This document shows positions 1-8,019 of a stretch of 45,179 bases of DNA, in pieces. Each line of letters starts with the position of its first letter. Positions within the stretch are counted from its first letter, which is position 1. This DNA comes from a virus (Duplodnaviria > Caudoviricetes), in IMG/VR virus record IMGVR_UViG_3300020215_000075, positions 1 through 45,179 of that record; one strand, 5' to 3'. The notes under the pieces are model-generated. The model saw only the letters and a list, made by a program, of their open reading frames with translations, had not been told where the DNA came from and did not search any database. A program made the position numbers and the translations under genes.

Positions 1-3000
1 GTTATAAAGCGATCCGCCATTGCGCATGATCGAAAGACCGGTTCCGATATTCCCCATCCGGTCCTGGAAGGTCATGTAGGTCGCTGCATCGGACGCGGCC
101 AAACGGATATGCTCCGGAGGCTCGTTCACAAGCTCGCGCATGCGCTGGAAAAGATCGAGGCCGTAGTGTCCTTCGTTGGTGGCCTGACGCAGCGCTTGTG
201 CATGTACTTCCATGCGATAAGCAATCGACTTGAAGAATTCGTCTTCCGCCGCCAACGCGTGACCGGGAATTCGATTCATCGTCCCGACGAAATCGACAAA
301 CATCCCAAGCGGGCTTTCAGTGAAAGCCTGTGCCTGTGCCGGGGTCATCCCGCGTGCTTCAGCAACAGCGCTCGAACTGATCGCCTGACGATGGGTGTCG
401 AATTTCGAACCGGCAGCAACCGTAGACTTGCCACTGATACCGGCGCGAACGGAAAGACGAAGAGCATCCCAAATCCCGGTGATCGCGCCATACATCATGA
501 CCAGTGATTCACCATTGACGACACGCGCATCAATGGCCGAACCGAGAAGGTCACCGGTATATTTTCCGGTTTGCCGTTCTGCGACTTGAAGCGCGGCAAC
601 CGCGGTGTTGGAAACCATGTTGGCGATGTGCGTCTTCGGGCTCCATAGAAGTCCGAGAACAAACATCTCGCGCGCCATATCCATGGTGATCGCGAGCGCC
701 GACTTCTTCGCCGCAGCGTTGATCGCGCCGGTCGAAACGCCAGTATCTTTCAGTCGACGAATCTTCTGTGCGATATCGAGTGTGACATGTGCGCCGCCGC
801 TGTCTTCCAACAGGTTGGTGATGGCGCGCGCCACTTCGACGTTTCCGGCTTCCGCTGGAATCGCCCATGCGTTGAGAGCGCGGGCGGCCTCTGTGCGAGC
901 GGCGATGATTTCCTTCTGGATCGCATGGTGGATCGCGAGCATGCGGCGGAAATTGTACTGGTCGGCCAAGGTCGCGTTCTGTGAGGAGACGACATCCGCC
1001 AGTTCCAGGATTTTTTGTGCAGAGGTGTTCAACAGACGCCGCGCGGCCAGCATCTTTTCAGCGTTCCAGGTCTCTCCCTTCTGACGGGAGAGGATGTCTT
1101 GCGGGGTGATCCCTAGCTCATCGGCCAGCTTCCTGGTTTGGAGGTGGGTCTGTACCCCACGCCGGGTCTCGTTAATGTCGTCGGGGAAGGCGTCGACCAG
1201 ATCGGCAATGGTCTGTTTGATGTCGTCGGGGGTGTTGATCCGGTTGAAGTTCAGATGGACTTCCGGGCCGCTCCCTGGCGTGCGCTCCAGGTCGACGACG
1301 CGGGCATGGCCGGAAACACCGGCCGCGGTCACCTGTGCCGGAACCCCGGTCTCGGTGGCGGCAAAGGATTGGCCGATCTTTGCCCGAGCGGCGGCCGTGG
1401 AGGGGTCGAACGTGGTGACCGCCTTACCGCTGCCGCCCCGGATCAAAAGCCCATCATAGCCCGCTTCTGCCAATCTAGGGGCCAAAGCAGCCTGAAGTTC
1501 CGGGGAGAGCCCTTCCGGGCCGATAAGCGAGGTTCGACCGGCCAATGCCCGTTCGGTATCCGTGGCCAGCATCCGCTCCATGACTGCCCTAACGTCATCC
1601 GGGATGGGTTCCCCAAGGTTCCGGATAGATCGATAGATGTCCAGGAGCCAATTCTTGAACCGCTCGAAAGCGCCCTGGAGGGCTGGCGATGGAGCGATGC
1701 CGCTGGCCAGCATTTGCTCGAAACCCTTCGCCCATTGCTCGTGATGGACGCGGCCGATTTCGCTGACATCTTCCAGGCCGAACCACCGCATGACGGTGGC
1801 AAGGTCCTGCCGAATCTGTTTCGGTGCGTTGTCGAGCGTTCCGTAATGTATCAATTCTTCAAGCCAGATGTGGCTCGACTCGTGCATGAAGGTCGATTGG
1901 TCATTCGACTTGAAGAGTTGGACCAATGCGCCGTGATCGTCGAGCGTCACGCGCCCGCGCGGCTCTGCATTCTCGCCACGCTGGAAGAGCGGGAAACCTT
2001 CGTCTTCGATTCTGGCTTTCAGTTGTGGAGTGATTTCGAGGTGATGGACATTTAAATGTCCAGCCTTCATATCCATCAGGTTATAGAATTGCTCAGCAAG
2101 TGCAGGAGGCAAATAGTCTCTGCCTTTATGATCGAACTTCCCACTTTCATATCGATCAATTCTTTCTTGAAGATTATTTATCGCTTCTTCACGGCTCATA
2201 GAGGTATGCATAGCAAGGCGCTCGACCATCGCATTGTATGCTTCGTTATATGAACCTTCCATCGATACACGATCGACGCGCGCACCGAAAGGCTTTCCGA
2301 GTTTTTCGGCCGCCATCGGCAACATCTTGTCATAGAAACCTTCCATCCCCTTGGCATTGAGAACAAGGTCCTTGGTGTCGATCGTATCGACCTTGTCTTC
2401 AAGGATGCGTTCTGCCAGTTGTTTGCCAAAGATGTCTTCTACATTGGAGCCGATTGCGCGTTCGCGCGCACGATAACCAAGAGTCGTGTCAACGATCTTG
2501 CCGTCACGATTAACGTAGAAAGTGATCTGTTCACTAGAGTTCTTTGGAGTAGCGACAACACGCTTTGTTCCGGTTTCTGGAAGGAACGAAGAAAAAGCAA
2601 CCTGAGAAATTTGGGTACGAAGTTGATCCTGATAACGCAATGATTGTTGCCGACCACTGGTCCAGGCGATGTGATCGAAACCTTCCTCGACCGCCAACAT
2701 TAAGATGCGCTTCATGGCAAGCTCGTGCCATGTCTTCTTGAACGGTGCGTCGGGGAGAAGGTTTGTATCAACGATCCGTTGTAAATCTTCTTTTTCCTTT
2801 ATCTTTTGTTTCCACTCTTCACGAAGACGAAGGACATCTTCGTCCTTCCTGGCCATGTCAGCCAGTCTCTCATATTTTTCGAGATAGTGTTTTTCAACAA
2901 AACTTGGGTCTTCCATATAATCGAACAGAAGACGTGCGTTAACGGAAGTTTCCAGATTGTTACGTTTAACCAAAAGACTTGCGGCTTTGTTTTGAAGTTC

Positions 3001-6000
3001 TTTAATCTCTGATTTGAGAGAGTTGGTTTTCTTCTCCGCTTCGATCACTTCCGGCGTGCGGTATCCGTGTTTCCTGCCCTTCTGATGCCAGTCGGATTGA
3101 ATCTCTTCGATGAAAAGAGTGCGCTTGCCATCGATCATCCGCTCGACGATCCGGAAGTGTGCAATCACATCCGGTGTCTCTGACCAATGACTCTCGGTAA
3201 AAGCATTGTCAGATTCACGCCTGACTCTCTCAGGCATGACCATGCGGAATTCGCGGTAATTCTTTCCACCTGGAAGTTTATAGCTGTCGAATTTCGTATC
3301 GACTTTCGTTGTTAATCCTAATTCGTCGATTGCTTGGTTGCGAAGTTCGTCGATATCGATGCCAAGCCCACGTACTGATGGAAGGTCTCCGTAGAATTCA
3401 TCGAATCGATTGTCAGAGAGGTCTGAAATCAGGCTCTCACGTTGACGTTGACCAGAACTCCTAGCATCATCCAGATTGGTATAGACTCTCGAAGTGATAA
3501 CCTCAACATTCTCCGGTGCGTCAGGATCAGGAGTGTATTTGTACTGATAGCGCCATCCCGGCTGACGTCGACCAAACAGATCGAGTTGGTTGTCTTGAAT
3601 GACTTCGACCTCTGAAAATTGTTTTGCCGATGCCTCCCAAGCCCTTTGTCTCGCCCAATCGGTTTCAGCGTCATTGATGATCGGTTGAATATATTCATCA
3701 ACCCATGTCTGTTGACTGGGGCTCAACTCCGAATAATCGCGAGGAGTGTTGTCACTTTTATCCGATCGAACTTCTTCAAGCTCGACACGGTTCTCCCGGA
3801 TGAAATCTGAAAGTTCCTGTTTCGAGACCTGTTTGCCTTTGCGCTCCTGCAACCACTCGGCAAGACCGGTAGTCCAATCAATCTCTTCCGGCTTGACCCC
3901 TTTCATGCTTCCGATAAGGCCGCCGTATTTGACTTCGGTAACGGTCGTTTCTTTTCCGGTCTTCTTATCCTTGACCGTGTAGGTGCGCTCGGTGCGCTTG
4001 CCTAGCCAATCATCGGCACGAGCGGTCTCCTGCGGAGCGCTATTAACTGAGCGATGCAGTTCACTAAAGAACACGCGACCTTGATCGAAATCTTCCTGGT
4101 TGAAGGATTTCTTCGGGGGGCCATCTGTCAGCGGCTTCCACGTTCCATCGGTCGAGAGATATTCGATCTTGTTCGCCGGGACCGGCTTGTCTGAGAAGAT
4201 CGAACCATCACGGCCCGCGGCGAGCTTCTGATCAGAACGCTTCAAACGAAGCACGATATTCGCATCGCCCTGCGAATTTATGGTGCGGGAGAAGATGACG
4301 CGTGGATTGGTTTGTCCGTCAGCCCATGCCCGCATCCCGGCCAACACCATCGGTCGCTGCGGCACGGCGTAACCAACCTGCGCAGCCTGATCGGCCTGCG
4401 CACGCGTCACAGTCTGATAGACGTAATTCGGTTCTGGTTTTGGAGGAGTGCCGGTGACTCGGGCATAGGGACGAAGCGCAACGTCACCGCGATCCTTGAA
4501 GATGGACGATCGAGCGCCGCTTTGATCAAAAGTTTTCGACGCATCGATGACTTTATTATTTTCAAAAACTAGGTAATCCGAACCATCACCTTCGCCTTGT
4601 TTGAAGATAATTCCATCATGTCCATCTTTCCTTGCTTTCTCTGCAATGTCTGCGACTTCTTCCGGATCAAGACCACGAATAGATTTGATGGTTTTTGGAT
4701 TTTCAAGATTCAGGTAGACCGACTTTATGTACGGCACATTTGTGCCTGATACATTCATCGCGTCTTGTGCCGCCTTTTGAGCGCGGTTCTTTGAGGATGT
4801 AAACCAAAAACCAGCACGAGCGTCCGATGTATCGGAAACTGATCCGCTAAAAGATGAATCGAATTGATCGAATAAAGTATCGGTCCCATGGTAGACGACC
4901 ATGGGTTTCCCGTTTTTATCGACAACTTTTGTGTTCTTTAACGATGTCGATTGATCGAAGGACTTCGGTTGATCTATTTCGTCGAGGGTCTTGCCCCACC
5001 GATCACGTAGCCCGGACCAGATTTCAGAGATGCGTCGGGAGCCGTCTTGTCGATCCAATGTGCTGGAATCGCGTCCAGCAATGATTTCCTCGTAGACGCG
5101 TCTTGCGTCTGTACGGGCTTCGTCTCCTGATTTTTGGGTGCCGACGAAGTCGCCTTGTCCCCTGCGGAATTCTGCGATTGAGCCATAGCCCTGTGCTGCC
5201 TTTTCAACTTTAGGAATAACATCCTCACTGTCCATATAGACATGGACAATGGCACCATCCTTTGTGGGTTCTAATGTATGAAACTCGACGCCATCCGCCA
5301 GTAGTTTTTTGTGGATGTCTTCCAGCGATCCGGTCGCCCGGAAAGAGGCTAGAATCTTATCGGTCTGGCTGGCGTCTTCCTTGAAAACCAGGACCGATTT
5401 CTGCCGACCAAGCCACCCCTTCATGGCGGCTGCGACCTTCAGGGTTTCGAAATCGATATCCTTGATGAAGGTGGCGGTGCTGTTCTCTGCACCATCGGTC
5501 CAGGCACCGATGACGGTTTTTTCCTGAGCATCGAGTCCAAGCTGACGATCGACATCCTTGATCGCGTCGAGCATCGTCTTATGACGTTGCTCATTGACCG
5601 CTCTCGCGGCCCCTGCGAAATCAAGGTCTTCCAAAACATTCGGAGAGGCGAAGATCGCCCCACCACCGGAAGGAAGACCTTCCTGATCTAGCTTTGTACC
5701 AGTGGCGGTTTCCGGAGAGCCGCCGCCCGTTTGAGCGCTGCGATTTGCATCTCCGTTGTTCGTTCCTCTTGATAGAGCGGGTTCAAGTATAGATCGGAAT
5801 CTTTCGTTTCCTTCGAGGACCCTTGGCGCGGGGTCTGAGTTGTCGATGTTGGCGTATCCTTCGATGTGTCCTGAATTTTTGAGGGCATTATATAATCCTT
5901 CTGGTTTGTTGCCGACCGCCTTGAAATAACTATCCTCAATCAACCGGCTAGTTTCAATAAACCGTCGAACCATGCGCCGATAGTTTTCGGACGGATCGAC

Positions 6001-8016
6001 CTTCATGTGTAGAAGGTCAACACTGTATCCGTTTGCTTTCAGACCATTAACAAGGTCCTTTATTGATTGTTCATTCAATCCGACTTTCGGAATAACGAGA
6101 TTGTCACCACGAACCGATAACTCATACAAAAGTTCGGAAGAGATAAATGAACTTTCTTCGTGTACAGCAGCGGAACCAAATCCTCCTTCGAATTCCGGAA
6201 GAACTTTCTTTACGTCATCAGGATCAGGAATCGCGGCCCCAAGAGCGCGAGCGATCGGGTTTGCGATCGATGATTTACCGGCAGCGGGAGGACCAAGAAT
6301 AATGACGGCCTTGCGTTCACTGCGAACGGTTCCACCGGCATAAGCCTTGGCGATGTCGTGTAGTTTTGGTTTGGCCTGACTGTATCCGACTACTTCGCCT
6401 TCAGGAAAAACGAAACGACGCTGTGCAAGGTATTCCGGAGTAATCTCTTCGAAATTTGGACCACGCGGAATGGTCCGCTGAATTTGAATAGCGCGCTGAA
6501 CAACAGGATGGGATTCGATTTCCTGTGGCGTGGCACCACGTTCAAGCTTCAGTAATAAGTCTTGTTTCTCTTCGATCGTTCCGATCTTGTCAGCGACAAT
6601 AGGTCGTTCTGTTTTCGGTAACTGATCGAGTACGGTCCCGCTGGTCGGAGCGGGAACACCATCTTTCAAACTCTGAACACGAAGACCAGCTTCTTTGTAT
6701 AATTCTACAGCCGGTTTGTTGAAGGCTTTGGACATTGCATTGTAATGTGCAGCCCAAGCTGTTGCTTCGGTTTTGGCAACGGTCTCGTTTCTTCCCTCTG
6801 CGGTCAGTTTCGATAACACATCATCGAAAACAGGCATTGCATCTTCCGGGATACCGGAGGGAATGACCTTGCCGTCGACCATCGTAAAATTGCGAAGCTC
6901 GGCTTCGGATTTCAGTCTGGTCTTTTCGTCGGTCAGATCGATGATAAACGGATTCGCCGGTTGCTCCCCTTTGAACGGGACAAGGTTTTCTTCCGGTTGA
7001 CCGATGAGCGTCTTGCCAGGAACCTCTCCGAAAACTTCACGATGCGCGACAATGCCGTCTTTGATCTTCTTATTTGCGGCGAGTACACGGATCGCTTTTA
7101 CTAATCCTTCTCCCGTTACCCCCAACATAAGACCGTCAACAAGAGCAACCTTAAGTTTATTGATGACTTTAGGGTCATCTGGATCACTAGCCAGAAATTC
7201 AGTGACCGGACCACGCAATGACGGCATCATGTGAAATAAATTGGCGAAATTCATTTCTCCTGGATTGGTGAGAAATTCGGCTCCTAAACCAGAAACAGCA
7301 GAAGCTTTAATCGGACCTTGGATAAGACCCTTTGCCGCTGTTTGTTTAAGGTTCGAAAGGAGCCCAGCCATCCAAGGAATAATACGACCGGCTTCTTTGA
7401 TAAAACTTCCACCGACAGACTTCGGATCATACTCAAATGGTTTTCCATGCAACAACTTGTATTCATAGGATTCCGGGTCAAGTGGAGTTACAAGGTGTTC
7501 AATGCCAAGGGTCTTTTGAGTCCACTGCATAAAATCATTGGCAGTGCGAGCGAACTCTTGAAAGCCAGAATCAAAACCCGCCCAAGATGAAGGAAGTGAT
7601 TCTGCAAAAGTTTCTGTGATGTCACCACCAACCGCGATGGCAGCTTTACCGGCATCGTCCCATGTAACCTTCTCCGCGGACGTATTGATGCGTTTCAGGA
7701 CATTCAGAAATTCAGGTTCCTGCCACCACTTCAAATCATGCTCGACGATTGGAGCGGCTTCAGAGCCAGAACCGAATACGGTCGTTGAAGGCAAACGAAC
7801 GGACGGTTGTTTTCGCGCCTGATCGATTGCCTCTTGTCCGCCTGTGTTCTGGTCTGGAGCATACTTCTGGAGCATACGGTCCAGGTCGCTCATGGCTGCG
7901 TTATTGGCTCGCTCCTGTGCGATCTTGATATAATCATTCGTAACGTCGCGAGAATCCGGAGCATCAAAATTCTGCGGACCCATATCACTCAGCGAATAGT
8001 TATTATTCGTGGCCAT
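1..8016 (-). CDS. Giant polyvalent internal-virion/ejection protein (>2672 aa, 3' end outside window)
   Basis: ATG at 8016 follows the TAA TAA of the upstream gene (MATNNNYSLSDMGPQNF...). Every segment I translated is open, and no minus-strand ORF in the track uses this frame, as expected if it has no stop in the window. It occupies the T7 gp16-like position. Confidence 0.9.
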   Translation of the reverse strand, partial: MATNNNYSLSDMGPQNFDAPDSRDVTNDYIKIAQERANNAAMSDLDRMLQKYAPDQNTGGQEAIDQARKQPSVRLPSTTVFGSGSEAAPIVEHDLKWWQEPEFLNVLKRINTSAEKVTWDDAGKAAIAVGGDITETFAESLPSSWAGFDSGFQEFARTANDFMQWTQKTLGIEHLVTPLDPESYEYKLLHGKPFEYDPKSVGGSFIKEAGRIIPWMAGLLSNLKQTAAKGLIQGPIKASAVSGLGAEFLTNPGEMNFANLFHMMPSLRGPVTEFLASDPDDPKVINKLKVALVDGLMLGVTGEGLVKAIRVLAANKKIKDGIVAHREVFGEVPGKTLIGQPEENLVPFKGEQPANPFIIDLTDEKTRLKSEAELRNFTMVDGKVIPSGIPEDAMPVFDDVLSKLTAEGRNETVAKTEATAWAAHYNAMSKAFNKPAVELYKEAGLRVQSLKDGVPAPTSGTVLDQLPKTERPIVADKIGTIEEKQDLLLKLERGATPQEIESHPVVQRAIQIQRTIPRGPNFEEITPEYLAQRRFVFPEGEVVGYSQAKPKLHDIAKAYAGGTVRSERKAVIILGPPAAGKSSIANPIARALGAAIPDPDDVKKVLPEFEGGFGSAAVHEESSFISSELLYELSVRGDNLVIPKVGLNEQSIKDLVNGLKANGYSVDLLHMKVDPSENYRRMVRRFIETSRLIEDSYFKAVGNKPEGLYNALKNSGHIEGYANIDNSDPAPRVLEGNERFRSILEPALSRGTNNGDANRSAQTGGGSPETATGTKLDQEGLPSGGGAIFASPNVLEDLDFAGAARAVNEQRHKTMLDAIKDVDRQLGLDAQEKTVIGAWTDGAENSTATFIKDIDFETLKVAAAMKGWLGRQKSVLVFKEDASQTDKILASFRATGSLEDIHKKLLADGVEFHTLEPTKDGAIVHVYMDSEDVIPKVEKAAQGYGSIAEFRRGQGDFVGTQKSGDEARTDARRVYEEIIAGRDSSTLDRQDGSRRISEIWSGLRDRWGKTLDEIDQPKSFDQSTSLKNTKVVDKNGKPMVVYHGTDTLFDQFDSSFSGSVSDTSDARAGFWFTSSKNRAQKAAQDAMNVSGTNVPYIKSVYLNLENPKTIKSIRGLDPEEVADIAEKARKDGHDGIIFKQGEGDGSDYLVFENNKVIDASKTFDQSGARSSIFKDRGDVALRPYARVTGTPPKPEPNYVYQTVTRAQADQAAQVGYAVPQRPMVLAGMRAWADGQTNPRVIFSRTINSQGDANIVLRLKRSDQKLAAGRDGSIFSDKPVPANKIEYLSTDGTWKPLTDGPPKKSFNQEDFDQGRVFFSELHRSVNSAPQETARADDWLGKRTERTYTVKDKKTGKETTVTEVKYGGLIGSMKGVKPEEIDWTTGLAEWLQERKGKQVSKQELSDFIRENRVELEEVRSDKSDNTPRDYSELSPSQQTWVDEYIQPIINDAETDWARQRAWEASAKQFSEVEVIQDNQLDLFGRRQPGWRYQYKYTPDPDAPENVEVITSRVYTNLDDARSSGQRQRESLISDLSDNRFDEFYGDLPSVRGLGIDIDELRNQAIDELGLTTKVDTKFDSYKLPGGKNYREFRMVMPERVRRESDNAFTESHWSETPDVIAHFRIVERMIDGKRTLFIEEIQSDWHQKGRKHGYRTPEVIEAEKKTNSLKSEIKELQNKAASLLVKRNNLETSVNARLLFDYMEDPSFVEKHYLEKYERLADMARKDEDVLRLREEWKQKIKEKEDLQRIVDTNLLPDAPFKKTWHELAMKRILMLAVEEGFDHIAWTSGRQQSLRYQDQLRTQISQVAFSSFLPETGTKRVVATPKNSSEQITFYVNRDGKIVDTTLGYRARERAIGSNVEDIFGKQLAERILEDKVDTIDTKDLVLNAKGMEGFYDKMLPMAAEKLGKPFGARVDRVSMEGSYNEAYNAMVERLAMHTSMSREEAINNLQERIDRYESGKFDHKGRDYLPPALAEQFYNLMDMKAGHLNVHHLEITPQLKARIEDEGFPLFQRGENAEPRGRVTLDDHGALVQLFKSNDQSTFMHESSHIWLEELIHYGTLDNAPKQIRQDLATVMRWFGLEDVSEIGRVHHEQWAKGFEQMLASGIAPSPALQGAFERFKNWLLDIYRSIRNLGEPIPDDVRAVMERMLATDTERALAGRTSLIGPEGLSPELQAALAPRLAEAGYDGLLIRGGSGKAVTTFDPSTAAARAKIGQSFAATETGVPAQVTAAGVSGHARVVDLERTPGSGPEVHLNFNRINTPDDIKQTIADLVDAFPDDINETRRGVQTHLQTRKLADELGITPQDILSRQKGETWNAEKMLAARRLLNTSAQKILELADVVSSQNATLADQYNFRRMLAIHHAIQKEIIAARTEAARALNAWAIPAEAGNVEVARAITNLLEDSGGAHVTLDIAQKIRRLKDTGVSTGAINAAAKKSALAITMDMAREMFVLGLLWSPKTHIANMVSNTAVAALQVAERQTGKYTGDLLGSAIDARVVNGESLVMMYGAITGIWDALRLSVRAGISGKSTVAAGSKFDTHRQAISSSAVAEARGMTPAQAQAFTESPLGMFVDFVGTMNRIPGHALAAEDEFFKSIAYRMEVHAQALRQATNEGHYGLDLFQRMRELVNEPPEHIRLAASDAATYMTFQDRMGNIGTGLSIMRNGGSLYN
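1561..1980 (-). other. Zincin-like metallopeptidase core within the giant protein
   Basis: PRGRVTL...QLFKSNDQSTFMHESSHIWL (HExxH at 1884-1870)...HHEQWAKGFE...FERFKNWLLDIY...VRAVMERMLAT. Confidence 0.7.
1981..4080 (-). other. Uncharacterised phage virion-protein domain (EEIQSDW motif) within the giant protein
   Basis: GVKPEEIDW...YKLPGGKNYRE...LFIEEIQSDWHQKGR...KKTWHELAMKRIL...GFPLFQ. I recognise this pattern from other phage giant proteins; function unknown. Confidence 0.55.
4129..4425 (-). other. Degenerate ADP-ribosyltransferase-like (KptA/Tpt1-type) domain within the giant protein
   Basis: YVYQT...PRVIFS...IVLRL...KPVPANKIEY pattern; the usual His is replaced by Gln. Confidence 0.35.
4546..4929 (-). 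other. ART-PolyVal-type ADP-ribosyltransferase domain within the giant protein
   Basis: KVVDKNGKPMVVYHGT...GFWFTSS...VYLNLENP...DGHDGIIF...DYLVF. Confidence 0.8.
4974..5186 (-). CDS. Candidate nested (+1 frame) 70-aa protein at the end of the SAM-lyase-like cassette
   Basis: MAQSQNSAGDK...LLDAIPAHWIDKTAPDASLKSGPGYVIGGARPSTK; TAG lies inside the ATA GAT (I-D) codons at the cassette border; RBS weak. Confidence 0.4.
   Translation of the reverse strand: MAQSQNSAGDKATSSAPKNQETKPVQTQDASTRKSLLDAIPAHWIDKTAPDASLKSGPGYVIGGARPSTK
5380..5658 (-). other. SAM lyase (T3 SAMase-like) domain within the giant protein
   Basis: AVNEQRHKTM...IGAW...AENS...RQKSVLVFK parallels T3 SAMase motifs as I recall them (VNxxRHxxM, GxY, E, QxxVLVYK). 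Confidence 0.55.
5688..5888 (-). CDS. Candidate nested (+1 frame) 66-aa protein overlapping the end of the zeta domain; putative antitoxin
   Basis: AGAAGGA-N7-ATG at 5888; MPSKIQDTSK...DLYLNPLYQEERTTEMQIAALKRAAALRKPPLVQS; TAG lies inside the CTA GAT codons of the LDQ delimiter. Confidence 0.5.
   Translation of the reverse strand: MPSKIQDTSKDTPTSTTQTPRQGSSKETKDSDLYLNPLYQEERTTEMQIAALKRAAALRKPPLVQS
5836..6312 (-). other. Zeta-toxin-like P-loop kinase domain within the giant protein
   Basis: KAVIILGPPAAGKSS (Walker A 6294-6271), DPDDVKKVLPEF, VHEESS, GYSVDL, RRMVRRF...RLI. Confidence 0.75.
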
Positions 8017-8019
8017 TTA

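Noticed and set aside
1138-2055. 305-aa plus-strand ORF
   Set aside because: Antisense shadow of the giant protein; no motifs
3429-3701. Another +1-frame ORF inside the giant gene
   Set aside because: Lies mid-domain and does not end at a delimiter, unlike the two nested candidates
1-8016. Apparent 8-kb gene-poor or recoded region in the ORF track
   Set aside because: One open minus-strand frame explains it; neighbouring genes end normally at TAA, TAG and TGA, so there is no sign of stop-codon reassignment
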